From Ignavibacteria bacterium (GTDB lineage Bacteria; Bacteroidota; Ignavibacteria; Kapaibacteriales; UBA961), in the NCBI GenBank assembly GCA_016720145.1, contig JADJXV010000007.1, positions 103,426 to 167,425 of the forward strand: a DNA stretch of 64,000 bases, given 5' to 3'. Below, piece after piece: positions 1 through 8,600 of this stretch (position 1 is the first letter of the stretch; each line of letters opens with the position of its first letter). The notes beneath the pieces are model-generated. The model was not told the origin of the DNA, did no database searches, and worked only from the letters and a program-made list of their open reading frames with translations. A program made the position numbers and the translations under genes.

Positions 1-485
1 GATACTTCGCCCAAAAGTTTGTCTGAAGAGAAGGTCATCGGCGTTTCAAAGTCTGACTGCATCACCAAATCATTGATCATTCCCTGCAGTCCTAGTGAAC
101 GTCCATCATCGGGAGAGTAAATTCTCGCTATTCCATAAGCATGTAATTCTTCAATCTCTTGCGGGAGTATTGTTCCGCCGCCACCGCCAAATAATTTGAT
201 ATGACCAGCGCCTTTTGCTTTGAGCAAATCATACATATACTTGAAATATTCGACATGCCCACCCTGATAACTCGTAAGGGCAATCGCTTGCGCGTCTTCC
301 TCGATCGCGCAGTCCACAACGTCCTGTGCTGAACGGTTGTGTCCGAGATGAATTACTTCCACGCCGGTCGATTGGATGATCCTACGCATCACATTGATAG
401 CAGCATCGTGTCCGTCAAAAAGTGACGCGGCAGTGACGATGCGGATGGTATTTTGGGGCTTGTACGGTTGTAAAGGAGCTGTCAT
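1..485 (-). CDS. icmF: Fused isobutyryl-CoA mutase (IcmF-like), N-terminal B12-binding domain; 5' partial (C-terminus lies outside the window)
   Basis: Translating the minus strand from the ATG at 485 gives [128 protein letters not shown]. This matches the IcmF / methylmalonyl-CoA-mutase cobalamin-binding domain (DxHxxG with GGGG motif) almost residue for residue. The ORF track missed it because there is no stop codon inside the window. Confidence 0.75.
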   Translation of the reverse strand, partial: MTAPLQPYKPQNTIRIVTAASLFDGHDAAINVMRRIIQSTGVEVIHLGHNRSAQDVVDCAIEEDAQAIALTSYQGGHVEYFKYMYDLLKAKGAGHIKLFGGGGGTILPQEIEELHAYGIARIYSPDDGRSLGLQGMINDLVMQSDFETPMTFSSDKLLGEV

Positions 486-539
486 AATTTGTTGTTGTTA
501 TTGAAGTTGAGAGACTAATGATCACTATCAATTTATCTA

Positions 540-628
540 GTGTGGTCAGATTCTTTTATTGTAGGGCGAATTGCATTCGCCCTAACCCTAGCACGACCGG
601 GGCGAATGCAATTCGCCCCTACGAACCA
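540..628. repeat. Two inverted copies of a 19-bp near-palindrome (GGGCGAATTGCATTCGCCC) forming a composite inverted repeat; REP-like intergenic element
   Basis: The two copies are gtagggcgaattgcattcgccctaa and ggggcgaatgcaattcgcccctac, 35 bp apart. The same palindrome recurs at 1468-1490, with partial copies at 11697-11712 and 12078-12098. Confidence 0.7.
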
Positions 629-688
629 AAATCAATCTTCCACTAAAATTCTCAGAGTACCGGATTAATTTTATAATTATACTACCCA

Positions 689-1250
689 TCACCTCGCCAC
701 ACTGCCTGCACGAATCATCCCAAGCAGAGCATAAAGCACACCCGAAAGTGCTTCGATTGTTTGTGGATCAGTCACGATGCCATTTGTTATTTTTTGATTG
801 ACTGCCGCGATACTCAGCACACCACCAATGGGTACACGCGATCCGAGCTTGCAAGGTAAGCAGCAATGATGCCATTGCTTTATCGCCACCTGATGGAAGT
901 GGAGACGCGCTGATGGCTGCGACCGGCTTTTCATTGTACTGCGCAGAAGAGACCATCCAATCCAAACTATTTTTAAGGACACCCGGCACTCCGAAAGCGT
1001 ATTCGGGTGTACATATCACCACACCATCGGAGCTTGCTAGTAACTTGCGTAGATAGAGTACATGCTCAGCAACAAACTCATCATCACGCTCCGGCGAGAA
1101 ATGCGGCAAATCGCCAAGGTGTTGATATATCGTGAATTCCACTTCTTGAGGCGCAAGGGCTGCTATTGTCTGCAGAATTATAGCATTCGTCGAACCTATC
1201 CGTAAGCTGCCTGAGATTCCTAAAATTTTAATTGGCAAGCCAGGTGACAT
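689..1250 (-). CDS. NADPH-dependent FMN reductase family protein, interrupted by an apparent +1 frameshift near 848
   Basis: ORF 768..1250 carries the flavodoxin-like FMN reductase N-terminus (KILGISGSLRIGSTNAII...VICTPEYAFGVPGVLKNSLDW...AISASPLPSGGDKAMASLLLTLQ) and then becomes nonsense. The frame-shifted ORF 689..982 supplies a plausible C-terminus (RVPIGGVLSIAAVNQKITNGIVTDPQTIEAL). Removing one base near 846-850 joins the two. Confidence 0.6.
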
Positions 1251-1467
1251 ACAACGATATATTTAAAGTAAATGAAATGGTTTATTGACTGCGAAAATAC
1301 GTTTTTTTGGGTTCGGTTGGAACTTACCGGGCGTTCTCTACGGACACATGTCTGTTGTACAATAATGGAAATCCTAAACCTTAGTAGAAAATTGTACACA
1401 ATATGAAACCTTACTCCCTTTTTTCCTGATGTGTTTAATTGAGTTGCCTTCACGCACACACAATTTG

Positions 1468-1490
1468 GGCGAATGCAATTCGCCCCTACA
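1468..1490. repeat. Solo copy of the GGGCGAATGCAATTCGCCC palindromic element
   Basis: tgggcgaatgcaattcgcccctacaa is identical to the copy at 600-622. Confidence 0.7.
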
Positions 1491-1532
1491 ATACAAACAA
1501 TATTTCTATTTAACTATCATATAACTCAAATA

Positions 1533-1567
1533 AAAAGACCTTTTGCTACTACGGCAAAAGGTCTTTT
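1533..1567 (-). terminator. Rho-independent terminator (bidirectional hairpin) downstream of the lmo0937-family gene
   Basis: aaaagaccttttgc-tactacg-gcaaaaggtctttt is a perfect 14-bp stem. It is followed by a T-run on the minus strand and by ttttgga on the plus strand. Confidence 0.7.
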
Positions 1568-1633
1568 GGAGGTGCGGCTGAAGGTAACTATTCGTTTCCA
1601 CGAATCGACAGCCGGTTTGATGAAATGAATTGT

Positions 1634-1804
1634 CTAAAAGTCATCTCTCGGTAGTGCTCTATTCCCTTGAAGAATACGTACAATGAACGAGATAACTGCA
1701 ATGATAAGCAAGATATGGATCATTCCGCCAACACTGTATGCGAAGTAGCCGATCGCCCATAAGAGAATAAATAATACTGCTACTGTATAGAGAAGATTGT
1801 TCAT
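1634..1804 (-). CDS. lmo0937-family small membrane protein (56 aa)
   Basis: Minus-strand ORF below the 60-aa cutoff: MNNLLYTVAVLFILLWAIGYFAYSVGGMIHILLIIAVISFIVRILQGNRALPRDDF. The two-TM pattern WxIGF...GGxIHILLxIAxI-RxxxG is typical of the lmo0937 stress-protein family. A paralogue lies at 29385..29540. Confidence 0.6.
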   Translation of the reverse strand: MNNLLYTVAVLFILLWAIGYFAYSVGGMIHILLIIAVISFIVRILQGNRALPRDDF

Positions 1805-1839
1805 AGAACTAGATAAATTGTACGTGAGAAGATTAAGTA

Positions 1840-4800
1840 TTACTTCACAAGTATCATTTGCTTTGCTGTCACAAGTGTACCTACTTCTAATCGATACATA
1901 TACATTTCACTTCCGAGGTTGGATGCATCATCTCTTGTGAATGTTGCAGTATGATTACCGGCGTCCTGCATTTCACTCACGAGTGTTGCCACTTCTCTAC
2001 CGAGCATTGTAAATACTTTGAGGGTAACGACATCCGGCTTATCAATAGAATACTGAATCGTCGTCGAAGTGCTGAATGGATTCGGATAATTATCCGAAAG
2101 AGAGGATTGATTGCCGGCAATCGGACTCATCACCCCAAGCGGACTAAATCGTAAATCAGTCGAAAGTACAGGAGTCAGCTGATATCCACACACCAAATTA
2201 GCAGTTGCCTGACCGAGAACTCCTTCGAACGTAGCGAGCTTACTGTAAAACGGCATACCACCCATGCGTGTGTTTGTGTTCTTACCAATACGAATGACAA
2301 CCGTATTTGTCTTGTCTGATATGTCAGTATTTTGATAAATTTTTGGAGTTTGGAATACAACATCGCTATCCGAATCAACGGTTAGATTATTGACTCTGAT
2401 CATGCAGCTTTCGTACTGTTCGCCTGTGAGTGCAACTTGTACTAATGAAAGTACTGCAGATGCAGGCAGAGGATTAGCTCTTGACAATCGGAGAAAACCT
2501 ACTAAGTCAGTTGTATTAATTACTTTAAGGAAGTCGTGTTCAGAAATGCGACCTTCGATTCGTACTTTATCACCCATTGCTATTTCAGCATTTTGGACAT
2601 TCGAGTGGAATTGACCTGACACTTGGAAGAGTGTGAGTCCGCCGGTAGCATCTTGAATTCGCGTATAATCACCCATTGTTCGAGTTACAACTCCTTCGAC
2701 AATAACGAGAGTACCAATTGGCAAATCGCGTGCTGCTCGTATGGTATTGACACCTATCGTATCGATGCCTGTTCCGGTTACGGTGATTATGCTATTGCCT
2801 ACATTATGGTCGAAGTCTATATTAGCACTTACTTTACCTTGGACTTGTGGGGCAAAAGTAATAAAAAACTCTTGTGAAGCATTCGGAACAATCGTTCCGA
2901 TGATTGGTGTAATTGAATAGAACGGAGAACTTGAAGCGATATCTGATATAATCAAATCACTCACACCGGTGTTGGTCACATAGACGCTGAGCTGTTTTGT
3001 AGTTTTTACCCGAACATTTCCGAAATCGAGGTTCGATCTATTCACCGTGAACTTCGGAGAAAGGTCACTTCCTGAACTATTACCCGCTAAATAGAGAGTA
3101 TCTCTTGGGTTAGTTGCATTATGATGAAATGCTATATAGCCATTCTGCACGCTCATTGACAGAGGAGAGAAGTTCACATAAAACTTACGAGATGTGCCTG
3201 CCTCGACCACACCTGTACCAAGATCTATCGTATAAAATTTATTACTTGACTTCGCGCTCAAGATGATAAGATTGGCAGTACCTGAATTAGTGACTACGAT
3301 GCTATCTTTCTTGGTCGTGCCACTGACGACACTACCAAATACGAGGCTGAGAGGGTTAACGGAAAATGATGCAAAGACTGGATTACCAATTCCGGTACCG
3401 GTCACGTGTATTGAGTCTTTGGTAGTAGTAGAATTGACATTAAAACGAATCCAACCGTCTTGAATTCCTGATACTAACGGTGTAAAGGTAACATTGAATA
3501 TCCTCGAAGCACCCGGAGCAATCGTTGCATTGAGTGCTGTAAGTGTAAACGTAGTATTCGTGGATACAAAGCTTGAAATAATCAAATCCGCAGTGCCTGA
3601 ATTAGTCACGGTAACTGTTTCTGTTTTGGTTGTTCCATTGACGACATCTCCAAAGTTTACTTCCATCGGAGTGACGGCAAATTTTGATGAAATGCCCGTT
3701 CCACTCACAGTGATAGTATCTTTCGGATTCGCAGCATTATGCGTAAATACAATACTACCTGTTAGCAAGCCATCGGCTAAAGGTGCATACGTGAAGTAAT
3801 ATTTCAGCGTACCGCCGGGAATAATTGTTGCATTCGTTGGGGTTACGGCAAAGACTACATTACTACTCGTCACACTTGTGATCAGTAAATTTGATGTTCC
3901 GGTATTCGAGATTATGACTGAATCCGTCTTTTGTATTCCTTTACGTACATTTCCGAAATTCACAGAACTTACATTCGCTAAAAACTTTGGTGCGAGTCCA
4001 TTTCCACTGACCGATACAGTATCTTTTGGCTTGATTGCATTATGATTGAATATCAACTTACCCGCTTGAGCGCCGTCGGTTAATGGCGAATAGAGGATGT
4101 AAAATTTCATCGACGCGCCCGGTGCAATTGTTCCCGTAGCAGGAGTTACCGCAAAATATGAATTCGAGCTGGTGATGCTTGTCACGACGAGATTCGCAGA
4201 GCCGGAATTTGAAACAGTCACCGAGTCTTTTTTATTCAATCCGCTCACGACACTTCCGAAATTAATAGTAGAAGGTGTGACTGTTGCAATCGGCGAATTC
4301 CCGTTTCCATTGACTGCAATAGTATCCCTTGGCTTGGCAGCATTATGCGAAAATATAATATTGGAGGTTTGATACCCATTGGACAGAGGCGAATAGGTGA
4401 TCATAAATTGTTTTGTGCCGCCGGGTGTAATTGTACCACTAGTAGTATTGACGGAAAACACTGAGTTTGAACTCGTTACATTCGTGATGACCAAGTCTGC
4501 ACCACCTGTATTAGTCACAATAACCGTATCAATTTTACTTGTAAAGTTCGCTACGTTGCCATAGGTAACTTGATAATGATTTGCAGAAAAAATTGGTGAA
4601 GCGGTAGAAGTTGCCCTGACGGTAGTAACGCCTGATGCCATCGTCACCGCAGCCGAAAAAGCAAGTGCACGCCCGTCCATTGAAGCGCCTGTACCAAATG
4701 ATATAGACTGATCAGCCAAAATTGTTCCCTTGAATACTGAATAAGTACCTAAGGTCGCTGATGTACCTACCTGCCAAAAAATATTGGATGCCTGTGCTCC

Positions 4801-5379
4801 ACCTGCGAGTATAATTTTAATACCGCTGCCGAGGTTGAGCGAACTCCCAATCTGAAATATCCAGACGTCCGTTGCATTGCCGGTGAGCGTCACATCTGCT
4901 CCGGTGATATTTGCTGCGCCGGTGAATTTGTAGAGTCCGGGTGCGAGATTTAAGCCACCAATATTGCTACCGCCGGGATTAAGAAATGCACCTGTTGGTA
5001 CGGGAGTTCTATTGGCTGCTTCGGTGTAAGCTGTTGTCAAATCACTCTTTGCTGTTTGTAATAATGTAGAATTTATCACCGAACCTGACGGACCGGAAGC
5101 ATCGACGACATACAAAGTGCCGACTACATTCGAACCGTCAAAACCTGTAATATAGCTCCCTGCAGCCGGGCTGAGACCCACATTTCCGGTGATTGTTACC
5201 GGTGGTACTCCTGTGACGGTCGAGCCGGCAAGGATCACAAAATTACTGAGAGAAAGTAGATTCAAAGGTGCTATTCCTGCCACCATCGTTGTCGTCATCA
5301 TCGCTGCGAGGAGTATCACTCCAAGCATCCGAGCGAATTTGTCATACATAGTGTTTATGTATTTATTAGAAATTTTCAT
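1840..5379 (-). CDS. Giant T9SS-secreted surface protein: signal peptide, ice-binding-like (DUF3494) beta-helix domain, about 7 choice-of-anchor-D/ASH-like Ig repeats, C-terminal T9SS sorting domain
   Basis: The N-terminal block (...LYVVDASGPSGS...TAYTEAANRTP...DVWIFQIGSSLNLGSGIKIILAGGAQASNIFWQVGTSATLG...MDGRALAFSAAVTM) matches DUF3494 ice-binding-like proteins. About 80-aa repeats with NFGNV..G..K.DSV.V.N.G...L.I..... are choice-of-anchor D-like. The C-terminus (...LKVFTMLGREVATLV...YMYRLEVGTLVTAKQMILVK) is a T9SS C-terminal domain. Confidence 0.85.
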   Translation of the reverse strand: MKISNKYINTMYDKFARMLGVILLAAMMTTTMVAGIAPLNLLSLSNFVILAGSTVTGVPPVTITGNVGLSPAAGSYITGFDGSNVVGTLYVVDASGPSGSVINSTLLQTAKSDLTTAYTEAANRTPVPTGAFLNPGGSNIGGLNLAPGLYKFTGAANITGADVTLTGNATDVWIFQIGSSLNLGSGIKIILAGGAQASNIFWQVGTSATLGTYSVFKGTILADQSISFGTGASMDGRALAFSAAVTMASGVTTVRATSTASPIFSANHYQVTYGNVANFTSKIDTVIVTNTGGADLVITNVTSSNSVFSVNTTSGTITPGGTKQFMITYSPLSNGYQTSNIIFSHNAAKPRDTIAVNGNGNSPIATVTPSTINFGSVVSGLNKKDSVTVSNSGSANLVVTSITSSNSYFAVTPATGTIAPGASMKFYILYSPLTDGAQAGKLIFNHNAIKPKDTVSVSGNGLAPKFLANVSSVNFGNVRKGIQKTDSVIISNTGTSNLLITSVTSSNVVFAVTPTNATIIPGGTLKYYFTYAPLADGLLTGSIVFTHNAANPKDTITVSGTGISSKFAVTPMEVNFGDVVNGTTKTETVTVTNSGTADLIISSFVSTNTTFTLTALNATIAPGASRIFNVTFTPLVSGIQDGWIRFNVNSTTTKDSIHVTGTGIGNPVFASFSVNPLSLVFGSVVSGTTKKDSIVVTNSGTANLIILSAKSSNKFYTIDLGTGVVEAGTSRKFYVNFSPLSMSVQNGYIAFHHNATNPRDTLYLAGNSSGSDLSPKFTVNRSNLDFGNVRVKTTKQLSVYVTNTGVSDLIISDIASSSPFYSITPIIGTIVPNASQEFFITFAPQVQGKVSANIDFDHNVGNSIITVTGTGIDTIGVNTIRAARDLPIGTLVIVEGVVTRTMGDYTRIQDATGGLTLFQVSGQFHSNVQNAEIAMGDKVRIEGRISEHDFLKVINTTDLVGFLRLSRANPLPASAVLSLVQVALTGEQYESCMIRVNNLTVDSDSDVVFQTPKIYQNTDISDKTNTVVIRIGKNTNTRMGGMPFYSKLATFEGVLGQATANLVCGYQLTPVLSTDLRFSPLGVMSPIAGNQSSLSDNYPNPFSTSTTIQYSIDKPDVVTLKVFTMLGREVATLVSEMQDAGNHTATFTRDDASNLGSEMYMYRLEVGTLVTAKQMILVK

Positions 5380-5407
5380 TGTATAAACCTTTTATTTGCT
5401 GATGTAG

Positions 5408-5432
5408 TACTGCTTTCTTTCTGAAAGTTCAG
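5408..5432 (-). promoter_or_regulatory. Conserved leader/promoter motif ACTGAACTTTCA-N9-AGCAGT (minus-strand sense), about 30-50 nt upstream of the start codon
   Basis: Read on the minus strand, the motif ACTGAACTTTCA-N-AAGA-N-AGCAGT occurs at the same distance upstream of three minus-strand genes. The copies are at 5408-5432, 11331-11355 and 28175-28199. The geometry GAAC-N16-GT resembles an ECF-sigma -35/-10 pair. Confidence 0.4.
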
Positions 5433-5460
5433 TTTATTCGAAGTCGGTGTAAATGAAGTC

Positions 5461-5540
5461 AGATTATGTTAACCGCAATGTTCGCAGAGATGAGATCTTC
5501 TGAGTACTGTCTTTGCGAACGTTGCGGTTAATGCATTTGT
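5461..5540. repeat. Long inverted repeat (about 22-bp arms, about 30-nt loop) between the tandem giant paralogues
   Basis: ttaaccgcaatgttcgcagag ... ctttgcgaacgttgcggttaa. Confidence 0.6.
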
Positions 5541-5567
5541 TGATTTATTCGAGTAGTAGATTAAAAA

Positions 5568-5655
5568 AGACTTACGGAACGGAATGTAATGTAAAGTGAA
5601 AACGCCGAAATTTTCATAATACTATCCACATCAGCCATTCCGTAAGTTTTTATTT
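5568..5655 (-). terminator. Putative rho-independent terminator of the 1879-aa gene (large-loop hairpin followed by a T-run on the minus strand)
   Basis: cttacggaacggaatg ... cattccgtaag. The stem sits immediately 3' of the stop at 5661, and the minus-strand reading is followed by tctttttt. Confidence 0.45.
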
Positions 5656-5660
5656 TATAA

Positions 5661-8600
5661 TTACTTCACGAGTATCATTTGTTTGGTTGAGGAATAGGAT
5701 CCCACGTCCAAACGGTAGTAATATACTTCGCTGCCGAGGAGAGGAGAGCTGCTGTTGGCTGTGAAAGTCACCGTATGCATTCCTGCATTTTGAAACTCAT
5801 TCACCAAGGTCGCCACTTCTTTGCCGAGCAACGTAAATACTTTGAGATTAACCATATCCGATGTGCCAATGCTATACTGTATCGTCGTCGAAGCATTGAA
5901 TGGATTCGGATAATTGCTAGAGAGCGAATAGTCGTTTCCGGTCTGTTGATTGAATATACCTGTTGGCGCAAAACGTAAGTCGGTCGGAAGGACCGGAGTC
6001 AATTGATAGCCGCATGTAATACAGCTACTTGACTGACTAAGGACACCTTCAAAGGTAACGGGAGTTTCGTATATGTTCATTCCGTCCAAGTACGTATCAG
6101 CAGTCACACCGATTCGAATGACCACAGTATTTGCCTTGTCGGAATTATCAGTCACCTGATATGTCTTTGACTCTTGGAACGTAAGGTCACCATCTGAAGT
6201 CATATTCATATTATCTATTTTGATCAAACAGCTTTCATACTGTTCACCACGGAGGGCGATATCAGCAAGTGTCACTTTGAATGGAGTAGGTAATGGATTC
6301 GTACGTGACAAGATTGAGTGACTTGTTAAATTACTACTCGTTATAATCTTCAGATTATCCATCTCGGTAATTTTACCTGCTACACGTAGTTTATCACCCA
6401 TACTTACTTCAGGAGCAAGAGCTTGCAAACCGAATTCACCTGTTTCATGGAAGAGAGTCAGTCCACCGGTCGCATCTTGAATTCTGGTATAGCTGCCTAA
6501 AGTTCGCGTTACAACTCCTTCTGTTATAAAACTCGTACCGATAGGCAAATCACGTGCTTCTTTAATAGTAATCACACGCATCGAATCGACACCGTTTCCG
6601 GTTACATTGAGGATGCTTGATCCACCGTTATGAACGAAGGTAATCGTTGATGTTACACGACCTACTACTGTCGGCGAGAAGGTCACAAAGTATTCCTGAG
6701 AAGCACCTTGAAGTATTGTTCCTGTAGCAGGAGTCACTGTATAATGACTATCACCCGACACAATACTCGTGATGACCAAGTCACCGGTACCGGTGTTTGA
6801 TATCATCACACTTAATTGCTTTGATGTAGTAATTACCACATTGCCGAAGTCAAGACTTTGTGAGGCAAATGTCAATTTCGGCGACACTCCTACACCTCTA
6901 AGCGATATAATCGCAGGAGAATTAAGTCCATTATGTGTAATGGACATATTACCAGTTTGCAAGCCATCGACTATCGGGGAGAATGTCACATTATACTGTT
7001 GACTCATACCCGATGAGAGGGTTGTTCCTGATGGAGTGAAGGTAAACACACCATTTGAACTCGTTATATTGCTTATAGTTAAATCACCCAAGCCCGTATT
7101 GGTAATAGTCACCGGCAGTACTTTAGTAGTGCCTGTGCGTACATTCCCAAAATCGAGATTTTGTGTACTGATTGAAATCGATGAAAGTACTCCAGTACCT
7201 GTCACTGCAATTACATCCGTTGCATTTGATGCATTGTGATTAAAGGTAATACTGCCGGTATGGAATCCGGTCGAAAGTGGAGCGAATGTGACGGAGAATG
7301 TTTGAGAAGAGCCCGGTGCGATTGTTCCAATTGCAGGGGAAATACTAAACTGTGCATTCGTACTCGACACGCCGTTGATCACGAGGTCTGACGTACCGGC
7401 ATTGGTCACTATGACGGTCATTACTTTGCTCACACCTACGCCAACATTACCAAAATCAAGACGTTGCGTATTAGCTACAAACATTGGCGATACACCTGTG
7501 CCTGTCACAGCAATCATGTCGATTGCGTTCGTTGCGTTATGATTAAAGATAATCATACCCGATTGCGATCCGTTCGCCACGGGAGAGAACGTGACAAAGA
7601 ATTGCTGAGTTGCTCCCGGAGCAATTGTCCCTGAATTCGGTGAAACACTAAATACACCATTATTACTCGACACACCACTGATGATCAGATTATCTGTACC
7701 GGTATTGGTCACTGTAATCGAACGTACACTCGATGTAAAATTTCTCACATTGCCGAAGTCGAGAGATTGTACATTCGAGCTGAACTGAGGGGAAATTCCA
7801 GTACCAATCACTATAATCGTATCTAATGGCTTCGCACCATCGTGCGTAAAGATAATAGTACCTGTTCTCAGGCCATCAGCTTGCGGCGAGAAGGAAAGGT
7901 AGAATTTCTGTGAAGCACCCGGAGCAATGATTCCTAAAGTAGGTGTAGCTGTAAATACTACATTCGAACTCGTTACACCGCTTATAATTAGATTCGTTGT
8001 GCCGGTGTTGGTAATTGTCACAGAGTCCATTTTGCTTGTGCCTGTACGGACATTTCCAAAGTTCACTATAAGAGCGCTTGCAGAGAACATCGGCGATACA
8101 CCAACTCCTGTGAGTGTGACTGTATCTTTTGGCTTCGCTGCGTCATGATTAAACACTAATAAACTATTCTGCATACCATCTGTTAACGGCGAGAAAGTCA
8201 CATAGAATTTCATCGAAGCGCCCGGAGCGATTGTACTTGTAGCAGATGGAGTGACTGTATATCGTGGATTCGTACTCGTGACACTGCTAATAACTAGACT
8301 TGTTGTACCGCTATTGGTCACAGTGACGGAGTCCATTTTGGTTGTGCCATTTCTGACATTTCCAAAATTCAAACTCTGTGGATTCACGGTAAATAATGGA
8401 GATACTCCCGTACCTGACACTGTAATCGTGTCTTTAGTTTTGTCAGCATCTCCTGTAAAGATTATCAATCCTGACTGAGCGCCATCAACCAAAGGCGAGA
8501 ACGAAAGGTAGAATTTCTGTGAGGCACCGGGCGCAAGTGAGCCGGTAGTAGGAGTGACTGCGAAACGACCGTTCGTACTTGTTACATTACTTATAGTTAG

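Noticed and set aside
128-319. 63-aa minus-strand ORF
   Set aside because: It lies in an alternative frame entirely inside the icmF-like B12-domain coding region.
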